From the NCBI GenBank assembly GCA_030390025.1, contig CM059441.1, positions 56,234,001 to 56,298,000 of the forward strand: a stretch of 64,000 nucleotides of DNA, in the 5' to 3' direction. This document shows, one piece after another, positions 48,690 to 60,825 of the stretch; position 1 is the stretch's first letter; each line of letters begins with the position of its first letter. The translations under genes were made by a program, and so were the position numbers. The notes beneath the pieces were generated by a model, which did not search any database, had not been told where the DNA came from, and saw only the letters and a list, made by a program, of their open reading frames with translations. The DNA comes from Squalus acanthias. Taxonomy: Eukaryota.

Positions 48690-50190
48690 ATGCTACAACT
48701 TTATGGTCCAACATCGGGATAGTCTGGCACTCTGCCCATGTAGCAGCCAGTTAAACTGTGTCTTTCAGAGACATGAGCACGTAATCCAGGCTGATAAATC
48801 AGTGTAATACTGAGGGAGTGCTGCACTGTCAGAGGGGCAGTACTGAGGGAGTGCTGCACTGTCGGAGGGGCAATACTGAGGGAGCGCTGCACTGTCGGAG
48901 AGGCAGTACTGAGGGAGCGCTGCACTGTCGGAGGAGCAGTACTGAGGGATCGTTGCACTTACGGGCAGTACTGAGGGAGCGCTGCAGTGTCGGAGGGGCA
49001 GTACTGAGGGAGCACTGCACTGTCGGAGGGGCTGTACTGAGGGAGCGCTGCACTGTCGGAGGGGCAGTATTGAGGGAGCGCTGCACTGTCGGAGGGGCAG
49101 TACTGAGGGAGCGCTGCACTGTCAGAGGGGCAGTACTGAGGGAGCGCTGCACTGTCGGAGGGGCAGTACTGAGGGAGCGCTGCACTTACGGGCAGTACTG
49201 AGGGAGCGCTGCAGTGTCGGAGGGGCAGTACTGAGGGAGCGCTGCACTGTCGGAGGGTCAGTACTGAGGGAGCGCTGCACTGTCGGAGAGGCAGTACTGA
49301 GGGAGCGCTGCACTGTCGGAGGAGCAGTACTGAGGGAGCGCTGCACTCACGGGCAGTACTGAGGGAGCGCTGCACTATCGGAGGGGCAGTACTGAGGGAG
49401 CGCTGCACTGTCGGAGGGTCAGTACTGAGGGAGCGCTGCACTGTCGGAGGGGCAGTACTGAGGGAGCGCTGCACTGTCGGAGGGGCAGTACTGAGGGAGC
49501 GCTGCACTGTCGGAGGGGCAGTACTGAGGGAGCACTGCTCTGTCGGAGGGGCAGTACTGAGGGAGCGCTGCACTGTCGGAGGGGCAGTACTGAGGGAGCA
49601 CTGCTCTGTCGGAGGGGCAGTACTGAGGGAGCGCTGCACTGTCGGAGGGGCAGTACTGAGGGAGCGCTGCACTGTCGGAGGGGCAGTACTGAGGGAGCAC
49701 TGCTCTGTCGGAGGGGCAGTACTGAGGGAGCACTGCTCTGTCGGAGGGGCAGTACTGAGGGAGCACTGCTCTGTCGGAGGGGCAGTACTGAGGGAGTGCT
49801 GCACTGTCGGAGGGGCAGTACTGAGGGAGTGCTGCACTGACGGAAGTGCCATCTCTGGATGAGACGTCACTGTCTTAGGGGCCGTACTGAGGGAGCGCTA
49901 CACCGACAGAAGTGCCATTTCTGGGATGAGATATTAAACCAAGGCCCCGTTAGGCGGATCATATGGCCTTATTCAAGTTCTTGTCGCTGTCCTGGGCCAA
50001 TATTTATCCCTCATCTAACATCACTAAAACAGATTTTCTGATCATTTATTTCATTGCTGTTTGTGGAATATTGTTGTGTGCAATTTGGCTGGCATGTTTA
50101 CTGACATTATAACTGTGACTATACTAAAAATAAGTGACTGTAAAACGCTTCGAGACATCCTGAGGTGCTAAATAAATGCAAGTTATTTGT
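48690..50190 (+). mobile_element. DeuSINE copy carrying an internal minisatellite expansion
   Basis: Decayed head (agacatgagcacgtaatccaggctga) and 3' body (gatgagatattaaaccaaggcccc...aaataaatgcaagtt) match 38814-39260. Confidence 0.75.
48803..49848 (+). repeat. 33-bp minisatellite, ~31 copies
   Basis: Unit cagtactgagggagcgctgcactgtcggagggg, with a few 30-bp variants. Confidence 0.97.
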
Positions 50191-50430
50191 TTTATTATGT
50201 GAATGACAGTTTATGTATGCCTCAGTTTCATTAAGTATTTGTGTATGATTGGCTGAACTGTCACACAGAATAGTATTGCTACGCAAATTTTCTTTGGCTA
50301 GCAACAATGAGGTCAGTAGACAGTGGAACCGAAGCCGATGGTCATTGAAGTCAAAAAGCAGTCTCTCTAACATTGTCTAAATGGCTTCTCATTTTCCAAA
50401 ATCACATCTAGTTTATATGCCTCATAACCA

Positions 50431-53400
50431 TAATCACAATGTTGGACAGAGTATAAATCTGGAAATTAGTGGAGCATGTAACAAGGGTAATGCGATAATT
50501 CTGGGGACTTTAATCTCCCTATAGACTGGGAAAACCAAATTGACAAAAGTAGCTTGGAGGACGAGTTCATGGAATACATTCGCGAGAGTTTTCTGGAATG
50601 ATATGTTGAGGAACCAACTAAGGAACAGACTATTTTAGATCTAGTGTTGTGTAATGAGACAGGATTAATTAGTAATCTTATAGTAAAGGATCCTCTGGAG
50701 AAGAGTGATCATAATATGATAGAATTTCATATTAAGTTTGAGAGTGATGTGGTTAAATCCAAAAATAGGGTCTTAAATTTAAACAAAGCCAAATACGGAG
50801 GTATGAGGGGTGAGTTGGCTGAGGTAGATTGGGAATTTAGATTAAAAAATATGATGGCACATAGAAACATAGAAAAATAGGAGCAGGAGTAGGCCATTCG
50901 GCCCTTCGAGCCTGCTCCACCATTCAATATGAACATGGCTGATCCTCTATCTCAACACCATATTTCCGCTCTCTCCCCATACCCCTTGATGCCTTTTGTG
51001 TCTAGAAATCTATCTATCTCCTTCTTAAATATATTCAGTGACTTGGCCTCCACAGCCTTCTGTGGTAGAGAATTCCACAGGTCCACAACCCTCTGAGTGA
51101 AGAAATTTCTCCTCATCTCAGTCCTAAATGTCCTACCCCGTATCCTGAGACTGTGACCCCTAGTTCTAGACCCCCCCCCCCAGCCAGGGGAAACATCCTC
51201 CCTGCATCCAGTCTGTCTAGCCCAGTCAGAATTTTATAAGTTACAATGAGATCCCCTCTCATTCTTCTAAACTCTAGTGAATACAGGCCTAGTTGACCCA
51301 ATCTCTCCTCATACGACAGTCCTGCTATCCCAGGAATCAGTCTGGTGAACCTTCACTACACTCCCTCTATGGCAAGTATATCCTTTCTTAGGTAAGGAGA
51401 TGAAAACTGCACACAGTACTCCAGGTGTGGTCTCACCAGGGCCCTGTACAACTGTAGTAAGACATCCTTACTCCTGTACTCAAATCCTCTTACAATGAAG
51501 GCCAACATACCATTTGCCTTCCTAACTGTTTGCTGCTCCTGCATGTTTACTTTCAGTGACTGGTGTACAAGGACACCCAGGTCCCTTTGTACATCAACAT
51601 TTCCCAAGCTATCACCATTTAAATAATACTCTACCTTTCTGTTTTTCCTACCGAAGTGGATAACTTCACATTTATCCACGTTATACTGCATCTGCCATGT
51701 ATTTGCCCACTCACTCGACTTGTCTAAATCGCCTTGAAGCCTCTTTGCATCCTCCTCACAACTCACGATCCCACCTAGTTTCGTGTCGTCAGCAAACTTG
51801 GAAATATTACATTTGGTTCCCTCATCCAAATCATTAATATATATTATGAATAGCTGGGGCCCAAGTACCCCACTAGTCACCGCCTGCCACCCCGAAAAAG
51901 ACCCATTTATTCCTACTCTCTGTTTCCTGTCTGTTAACCAATTTTCAATCCATGCCAGTATATTACCCCCAATCCCATGTGCTTTAATTTTGCACACTAA
52001 CCTCTTATGTGGGACTTTATCAAAGGCCTTCTGAAAATCCAAATACACCACATCCACTGGTTCTCCCTTATCTATTCTACCAGTTACATCCTCAAAAAAC
52101 TCCAGTAGGTTTGTCAAACACGATTTCCCTTTCATAAATCCATATTGACTTTGTCTAATCCTGTTGATATTTTCTAAGTGTCCTGTTATCACATCCTTTA
52201 TAATAGACTCTAGCATTTTCCCTACTACAGATGTTAGGCTAACTGGTCTATAGTTTCCTGTTTTCTCTCTCCCTCCTTTTTTAAACATAAGCAATGACAA
52301 ACATTTTTAAAGAAATAATTCATGATTCTCAACGAATATACGTTCCCTTAAGGAATAAAAAAAACACTGGAAAATTGGTACAGTTATGGCTAACTAGCGA
52401 AGTTAAGGATAGCATTAGATTAAAAGAAGAAGCTTACAGTGTTGCCAAAAAGAGTAGTAAGCCTGAGGATTGGAGGGTTTTAAAAATCAGCAAAGGATGA
52501 TGAAGAAATTGATGAAGAGGGAGAAAATAGAATGAGAGTAAACTAGCAAGAAATATAAAAACAGATTGTAAGAGTTTTTACAAGTATGTAAAAAGAAAGA
52601 GATTAGTGAAATAAAAGTGGGTCCCTTGGAGGCAGAGACAGGAGACATTATAATGGGGAATAAGGCAATGGCAAGACGTTAAACAAAATTTTCCGTCTGT
52701 CTTCATAGTAGAGGATACAAAGAAAATACGAGAAATTGTGGGGAACCAAGGGTCTAATGAGAGTGAGGAACTTAAAGTAATTAATATTAATATTAAAGAA
52801 TAATTACTGGAAAAATTAATGGGACTAAAAGCTGACAAATCCTTTGGACCTGATGGTCTACACCCTAGGCTTTTAAAAGAGGTGGCTGCAGAGATAGTGG
52901 ACACATTGGTTTTGATCTTCCAAAATTCCCTAGATTCTAGACGGTCCCCACGGATTGGAAGGTAGCAAATGTAACCCCGCTATTCAAGAACGGAGGGAGA
53001 GAGACAACCGGGAACTATAGGCAAGTTAGCCTGATATCAGTGGTAGGGAAAATGCTAGAATTTATTATTTGGAACATGGTAGCAGGGCACTTAGAAAATC
53101 ATAATATGATTAGGCAGAGTCAACACAGTTTTATGAAAGGGAAATAGTGTTTGATAAATCTATTAGAGTTATTTGAGGGTATAACTAGCAGGGTAGATAA
53201 GGGGGAACCAGAGGATGTAGTATATTTGGATTTTCAGAAGGCATTCGATAAGGTACCACACAAGAGGTTGTTACACAATATTAGGACTCATGGGATTGGG
53301 ATAATATATTAAGATGGATTGAGGATTGGTTAATGGACAGAAAACAGAGACTAGGAATAAGCGGGTCATTTTCGGGATGGCAGGGTGTAACTAACGGAGT

Positions 53401-54392
53401 GCCGCAAAGATCAGTGCTTGGGCCTCAGCTATTTACAATCTATATCAATTACTTAGATGAAGGGACCGAGTGTAATTATCCAAGTTTTCTGACAACACAA
53501 ATAGGTGGGAAAGTAAGCTGTGAGGAGGACACAGGAGGCTACAAAAAGATATAGACAGGTTAAGTGATTGGACAAGAAGGTGGCAGATGGAGTATAATGT
53601 GAAGAAGTGTGAAATTATCCACTTTGGTAGGAAGAATAGAAAAGCAGAATATTTTTAAAGTGAGAGACTGGAAATGTTGGGATTCCGAGGGATTTGGGTG
53701 TCCTTGTACACAAATCACAGAAAGTTAACATAAAGGTACAGCAAGCAATTAGGAAGGCAAATAGTATGTTGGCCTTTATTGCAAAGGGTTTGGAGTATAA
53801 GAGTAAGGATGTCTTGCTGCAATTCTATAGGGCTTTGGTGAGATCATACCTGGAGTACTGTGTACAGTTTTTTTCTTAAGGATTTACTTGCCTTAGAGAG
53901 GGGTGCAACAAAGGTTCACTAGATTGATTCCTCGGATGAGAGGGCTGTCCTATGAGGAGAGATTGAGTAGAATGGGCTTATTCTCTCTGGAGTTTAGAAG
54001 AATGAGAGGTGATCTCATTGAAATGTCTAAAATTCTTAGCAGGCTTGACAGGGTGGATGCTGAGAGGCTGTTTCCCCTGGCTGGAGAGACTAGAACTAGG
54101 GATCATGGTCTCAGGATGATGTGGCGGCCACTTAGAACTGAGATGAGAAACTTCTCCATTCAGAGGGCGGTGAATCTTTAGAATTCTCTACCCCAGAGGG
54201 CTGTGGATGCTCAGTCGATGAATATATTCAAGACTGAGATTGTTAGATTTTTGGGCACTAAGGGAATCAAGGGATGTGGGGATCGGGCAGGAAAGTGGAG
54301 TTGATGTAGAAGTTCAGCGATTATCTTATTGAGTGGCAGAGCAGGCTTGATGGGCCGTATGGGCTACTCCTGCTTCTATTTCTTATGTTCTT
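50431..54392 (+). mobile_element. heavily decayed CR1 ORF2 copy (50431-50863 + 52285-54392) split by an antisense CR1
   Basis: APE and RT remnants with many stops and frameshifts; TTCTTATG tail. Confidence 0.9.
50860..52284 (-). mobile_element. 5'-truncated CR1 inserted antisense into the older CR1
   Basis: ORF 51356..52300 (- strand) with RT motifs including FADD; tail catagaaacatagaaa; ACATA at both junctions. Confidence 0.93.
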
Positions 54393-55880
54393 GTCTTCTG
54401 CTTTTGATGTCTGAGTATTATCTACGAGAAATGCTTGTGCAAGGAAATAAGTGACTGGGACGACATCGACCATGAGTAATTAAAGTATAACTTTTGTGGC
54501 TAGTGTAATACACATGGGCAGAGGGATCCATTAACTATAGTATAGAAAGATAAGCGGTTAATAAATCTATTTCTCAAAGGATTCAAGAACAGTTAAGTCA
54601 GGAAGAATTGTTTGAGAGAAGTATCTCTGAAGTTTATGTGAATAGACTGTTTTCAAAGGATTCAGGAATAGATAGACCATGAGGTCCTATCTCTGATGTG
54701 TACCTTTGATGTAGGCAAAATAAGTTACATCTTGGAAAGCCTGTTGCTCCAAGATACAAGGAAGTTTGATTATTAACCCATAACTCTCCAAGATGTCCAA
54801 CAATGGTCACTTGGATCCTGTCAGCCTGAAAGGCAGATTTCACAAGGCATCAATGTTCCCCTTGAGCTGCGTTACCGCGCAGGCGTGCAGTACCTTCGCC
54901 CTCCTGCGCAGCCGGATCACCAGCTTTTCAATGGGGAAAAACCGCGCTTGCACAGTATTTTGAATGGGCCACACACCCGAAAAAAAAATTTAAATCGCAC
55001 TTTGCTCAGCATTGAATGTTAAACCAAAGAGGTTGGATTACAGCCGTGCTATGGTGATTCAGCCCAGGGGCTGTTTCCAGCCCATCTCCCCTTCACCTGT
55101 TGTTAGAGGCAGACTTGCTGCTCTATGTACCTCTAACCTCCTTTCACCTTCTGCCAGCTACGGGTTGTTTACTGAGCTGGCATTTAGTGCCATTCCTTCT
55201 CGTTTCTTTGCTCCCAATGAATTCTGTTCAAAGGCAGCATTATCCCAGTGTCCATAGTGCAAGAGAAAGGGCTCTGAAAATAGAAATAGTTGTGCAATGA
55301 ACCAGTTCTGTGCTCGGCGGGAGATGGAGTGTGGGATCAGTGAATTTATCCTATTCCTTCTATGGGTCTTTCTCTTCCCGCAGGGGAATTTGGCCTCCAG
55401 TCAGTATAATGGAAGGGCACGGATCCCGTCCCCTCATTCTGTGGTGCATCATATCAAAAGTGGACCTTGAGCAAGACATTGGTTGGGATTGTGGGCCTCA
55501 GCAAACAATGAGAGGGTAACGCCAGGCAACATACCTGGACTTTCCAACCTGTGTTCGGACGCTCGACGGAAATGGGTTCAAAATAATGGCAATCAGAAAA
55601 TCCAGGGGTTCGATTTCCCAGTGATGACCTAAAGAATCAGGTTAGTATTTGGTGCCCCACATGTGCTCACATTTCTGAGTGGCTTGTTAAAGAGTGGAAT
55701 TAGCAGAGACCTGGATTCATCCAGCTTCACCACACACAACCTAATGTACAAAAACAGTTGGAGCCAGTTTGACCTGGAGTCCTTTCGGGCTATAATGCAA
55801 GGTGAGACTACTTTACTTGAACGTGGCACACCGACAGTGCTGTTTGCTGCAACATCAGCCTGCTGCTGTTGAATTCTTAC

Positions 55881-56031
55881 CATTTAAACAGTGGCTTCCT
55901 GAGCAGCACATTTCATCCCGTTGGCACCGTCTCCTTATCCGTCTGCAAGCAGTGCAGATGGGTTCTTCATGACGAGAAGTAAGGCAGAATTTCCTAGGGC
56001 CGCATTCAGGATCTGCCAAGCACCGAGGCAC
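55881..56031 (-). CDS. DKK4: Dickkopf-4, exon 2 (CRD1, 151 bp)
   Basis: tttcag|GTG...AAT G|gtaaga; VPRCLADPECGPRKFCLTSRHEEPICTACRRIRRRCQRDEMCCSGSHCLN, with the Dickkopf N-terminal Cys pattern. Confidence 0.92.
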
Positions 56032-56398
56032 CTGAAAAATCCACCAAAAACAGCATTTCAGTGAAGAATTAGACCCACACTCCAAATACAGCACAGAAAT
56101 AACCCTTGTGTGGGGAGTAATGCAATGCAAGAGAGGGAGTGGGAGTTCTGCAGTGTAATGTTAGTGAGGGACTGGAAATCTACACACTTTCATCCGTTCT
56201 CCGAATACACCCAATCTATACTTTGGGAAACTTCCAGGGAAGTCGTAATCATCTGTATTGGCTCCCAACTCCCCTTCTTGCAATCCAACCTGACCTGCTT
56301 GATGAATACCTCTCTTTCCTGGTTGCCATTGACATTAAGCCAAATGCATTTAGCCACCCTCCCTCGAGTGCCGTTCCTTGGGTTTGGATTGACTATTT

Positions 56399-56915
56399 GA
56401 TGGGACAGTGTAGAGGGAGCTTTATTCTCTATCTAACCCGTGCTGTACCTGCCCTGGGAGTGTTTGATGGGACAGTGTAGAGGGAGCTTTATTCTCTATC
56501 TAACCCGTGCTGTACCTGCCCTGGGAGTGTTTGATGGGACAGTGTAGAGGGAGCTTTATTCTCTATCTAACCCGTGCTGTATCTGCCCTGGGAGCGTTTG
56601 ATGGATTAACTGATGAGTAAAGCTCCCTCTACACTGTCCCATCAAACACTCCCAGGACAGGTACAGCAAGTGTTAGATACAGAGTAAATCTCCCTCCACA
56701 CTGTTCCATCAAACACTCCCAGGGCAGGTACAGCACGGGTTAGATACAGAGTAAAGCTCCCTCTACACTGTCCCATCAAACACTCTCAGGGCAGATACAG
56801 CACGGGTTAGATAGAGTAAAGCTCCCTCCACACTGTCCCATCACACACTCTCAGGGCAGATACAGCACGGGTTAGATAGAGTAAAGCTCCCTCTACTGTC
56901 CCATCACACACTCTC
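56399..56915. repeat. palindromic array of 67-bp units (3 forward, ~4.5 inverted)
   Basis: gatgggacagtgtagagggagctttattctctatctaacccgtgctgtacctgccctgggagtgttt at 56399, 56466 and 56533; reverse-complement units from 56615. Confidence 0.93.
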
Positions 56916-58744
56916 GGCACTAATTGAAGAGCAGCCTTTTTGTTGACTGTTTCTCTGTGCAGCCACTAGGTGGTGCTATTTATGCTTCTTCAAACTCAGG
57001 AATTGGCTCCAATACAGTGACTCAGGCACTGATCAAAACCCACTGCTTCCTGTCTAACCCCAGTAACCCAATCCATTTAGCTCTTTAGTCCTGTTCAGTA
57101 AAAGCTCCTGAAATTACACAGAATCAGTCAGCTGTTGCATGAATTCTGCTATTTCAACAGTTTAACAAATTACAGTGTGTGATAAGAGGTGACACTAAGC
57201 GTACATTTTCACAGGCTGCACCGTTGTGAAGCAGAACCTCACCTGCTGGGAGCACACATCATCAAGTTGCGTGTGTGCAGCCAGAAATAACTGGGATTTG
57301 GAAGGCGATGTCCTAGTGCAGACCCCCAACAGGTGAGGCTCTGAACAGCAGCGTGCCATCGAAAACTTCATCTTCAATCTCAGGCAATTTTCCATGAGAA
57401 AAAGTGCTGGAGGTTGCCCAGCAGGTCAGTCAGTAACAACCTCTGATGAAGGCTCTCCACCTGAAGTGTCGCTTTTTCAGACGCAGTCTGAACCACTGTC
57501 CATTCACAGCGTTTTCTGTTCTTATTTCAGCATTCCCTCCATGGCCTCGCCCCTCCCTATCTCTGCAACCTCCTCCAGCCCCACAACCCTCCGAGATCTC
57601 TGCGCTCCTCTCCTTCTGGCCTATTGAGAATCCCTGATTTTAAATCGCTCCACCATTGGCGGCCGTGCCTTCAGCTATCAAGGCCCTAAACTCTGGAATT
57701 CCCTCCCTAAGCCTCTCCGCCTCGCTACCTCTCTCTCCTCCTTTAAGACGCCCCTTAAAACCTACCTCTTTAACCAAGCTTTTGGTCATAGGCCTTAATT
57801 CTCCTTATGTGGCTTGGTGTCAAATTTTGTTTTATAACGCTCCTGTGAAAAGCCTTGGGACGTTTTACTCCGTTAAAAGTGCGATATAAGTACACGTTGT
57901 TGTTGCATTTATAGTTTTCTTTTACTCTCCAATTACAGAGCATGAGCTGCACAAATCCACTGAACAGACCCTCGATTGAGCACAGCTCTGTCCCAAACAA
58001 TGACTACACAACGATACCAATTGAAGATAGTATCACGCATTCTGTTCCCACCTGCTCAGGTCACCGCTCACCACCACCATTCCGACCAGGAGGGATGGAG
58101 GGAGAGATATTTCCATTGGCAACCCCGAGTTATTTTTGAGATCCTTCGAATTTTTGCACCAGCTGCGCCGTCATGTGAATTGCTGCCTGAGTACATCAAT
58201 TGCACATTAAACAGTTCTGTTCTGGAGACGTGGACGATGTGGTAACAAACCACAGGTTGATGGGGTGAGATGAAGAAGGGTGGGAGGAGGCTGGTGTGGG
58301 GCACAAACACCAGCACAGACCAGTTGGGCCGAATGGCCTGTTTCTGTGCTGCACATTCTGTGTAACACTCTGTAAACCAGTTACTTTACCCATTCACGAA
58401 GTTCCATCCACTCCCTGAGCGCCTGGCTGAGCTCAGGAGCTGGGGTCTGAGCATGTGCCCCAGCTGCACACCTCTGGCCTCTTTTTGGACATCTGTTTCG
58501 CTCCCCAAGTAGCAGGGGAGGCGAGAGGTGGGAGCTTACCTCGAGCAAAGCTGACGCTGCCCCGCCCTGTGACCAACGCCAGCAGCTCACTGAGCACTCG
58601 AGGCTGGCTGACAGCTTTTTAATTGAGAAAGCTGAATAAAAGCGAACACAGCACATCAGACAGAATGGAAGAGAAGGCAACGTAAATCTGGAGGTGACAC
58701 ATGGGTGCAGGAGGGAGGCAGTCGAGGAGATTCACAGTTTATGT

Positions 58745-59210
58745 GTCAGCCGTGACTCAGTGGGTAGCACCCTCAGCCTCTGAGTCAGAAGGTTGTGGGT
58801 TCAAGTCCCACTCCAGAGACTTGAGCACAAAAATCTAGGCTGACACTCCAATGCAGTGCTGAGGGAGAGCTGCACTGTCGGAGGTGCCGTCTTTCGGATG
58901 AGACCTTAAACCAAGGCCCGGTCTGCTCTCTCAGGTGGATGTAAAAGATTCCATGGCACTATTTCGAAGAAGAGCAGGGGAGTTATCCCCATGTCCTGGG
59001 GCCAATATTTATCCCTCAATCAGCATCACTAAAACAGATTATCTGGTCATTATCACATTACTGTTTGTGGGAGCTTGCTGAGCGCAAATTGGCTGCCGTG
59101 TTTCCTACATTACAACAGTGACTACACTTCAAAAAGTACTTCATTGGCTGTAAAGCGCTTTGGGACGTCCAGTGGTCGCGAACGGCGCTATAGAAATGTA
59201 AGTCTTTTTT
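58745..59210 (+). mobile_element. tRNA-derived DeuSINE (SacSINE1-like)
   Basis: Full-length match to 38814-39260 with A and B boxes. Confidence 0.82.
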
Positions 59211-59976
59211 TAGGGTTAGAGCGGGAGATGGGACGATAGTTCTTGATTTTTACACCCAGTTTAGCTTGTTTCCAGGGAAGGGACTAACCAGTGGCTGTTC
59301 ACTTCTAACACTTTCTGGGTTGTTTCACGTTTCTAAAGAATGTGTTTGGCGATTTCACTAGAAATAACGACGGAAGGAAATCTTCCAGCTAGATCCACAT
59401 TGCAAAACGACTCTGCCCCACCTGCTTCCAGAGAGAAATAGAACTGGCTCAGCAGGTAGGAGATTGGGGATGAGCAGGTAGGAGATTGGGGATGAGCCGA
59501 CAGAATTCCCATTCCCTAAGATTTTTTGTGTTCCTTTTATCTTTGCCATGACCGATCTGAAACAGGTACTGGTTACACGATGGAGATCCTGCTCTCTCGC
59601 CCTGTCTGTGGAGGGAAATGTATTTTATGCACAAACCCCGTATAAATAGCTTCGGTGACGTGTGGCTGAATGGGCAGCTGACTGATCTAAAACGGCAAAT
59701 AACACGATTCCAGAAATACAGCTTCATTGTGGCTTTACTGAGACTGGGCCAAATCTCAGACAACATTGACAACTGGTGAGCGAGCCCCTGCTCCAGCTTA
59801 CAATTCATGGGGTTTATTTAAAGGATAATAAAACTCTGCAAGTGGCTGCAAACTGATCTATTCAAGGTGCTCGGCTGTTGTACAGAACTAACCAGGAACA
59901 ACTGACTGGAATCTGTCTGAATTGCACTACCTTCCTCTACATCTCTATTCTCTCTGCCTGTCACTATTTCCAGACT

Positions 59977-60568
59977 ACATAGGATATACGGCACAGAAAC
60001 AGACCATTCAGCCCAACCAGTCCATGCTGGCGTTTATGCTCCACTCGAGCCTCCTCCCGTCTTTCCTCATCTAAATCTATCAGCATAACCCTCTGCCCTT
60101 CTCCCTCATATGCTTGTCAAGCCTCCCCTTAAATGTGTCTATACTGTTTGCCTCAACCACTCCCTGTGGTAGCGAGTTCCACATTCTCACCACTCTTTGG
60201 GTAAAAAAGTTTCTTCTGAATTCTCTATTGGATTTCTTGGTGACTAGCTTATATTGATGGCCTCTGGTTATGCTCTTCCCCACAAGTGGAAACATTTTCT
60301 TTGTATCCACTCTAACAAAACCTTTCATAATTTTATTGACCTCTATTAGGTCACCCCTCAGCCTTCTTTTTTCAAGAGAAAAGAGACCCAGCCTGTTCAT
60401 CCTTTCCTGATATGTATACCCTCGCATTTCTGGTATCATCCTTGTAAATCTTCTCTTCACCCTCTCCAGTGCCTCTATATGGCGACCAGAACAGTACGCA
60501 GTACTCTAAGTGTGGTCTAACCAAGGTTCGAATGTGGTCTAACCAAGGTTCGAGTGTGGTCTAACCAA
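59977..60568 (-). mobile_element. CR1 3' fragment with a 22-bp triplication at its 5' junction
   Basis: RRFTRMIP..LFSLEKRRLRGDLIEV...FFTQRVVRMWNSLP; tgtggtctaaccaaggttcga x2.7 at 60511-60568. Confidence 0.88.
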
Positions 60569-60597
60569 GACTGTTGCAAACTCTCTAGTGCGGTTTT

Positions 60598-60825
60598 ATT
60601 CTTTCCCTTTTTCTCATGTTGTCTCGCATTCTCTCTCCCACACTGTCTCGGTCTCTCGCTGTTTTTTTCTCTCTTTCTTGATCCTGCTCTCTTTCCTCTC
60701 GTTCTTTCTTTTGCTCTCTCTCTCTCTTGTGTTGCTCCCTCATTCTGTCTCTCACTCTCTGTCTCTGTGTGTTCTTTCTCTCTCTGTCTCATTCTCTGGC
60801 TCTCTCTGTGTCTGTTTCTCATTCA
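60598..60825 (+). repeat. CT-rich low-complexity tract
   Basis: Degenerate (TC)n sequence. Confidence 0.8.

Noticed and set aside
48803-49870. Possible CRISPR array or repetitive protein (ORFs up to 303 aa, STAPPTVQRSL repeats)
   Set aside because: Head-to-tail units with no unique spacers and no cas genes; the frames stay open only because the unit is 33 bp and lacks stops
50119-50373. LLFDFND peptide resembling DKK4 N-terminal LVLDFNN
   Set aside because: Located between exons 2 and 3, with no signal peptide or suitable donor; probably chance
54853-55620. Possible further small MITEs (caatgttcccc...; ggggaattt...gatttcccc)
   Set aside because: TIRs too short or degenerate and no TSD; cannot be supported
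56610-56640. CTGATGA at the centre of the palindromic array as a hammerhead core
   Set aside because: No stem II or GAAA follows
59451-59494. 22-bp tandem duplication agcaggtaggagattggggatg
   Set aside because: Ordinary local duplication with no further structure
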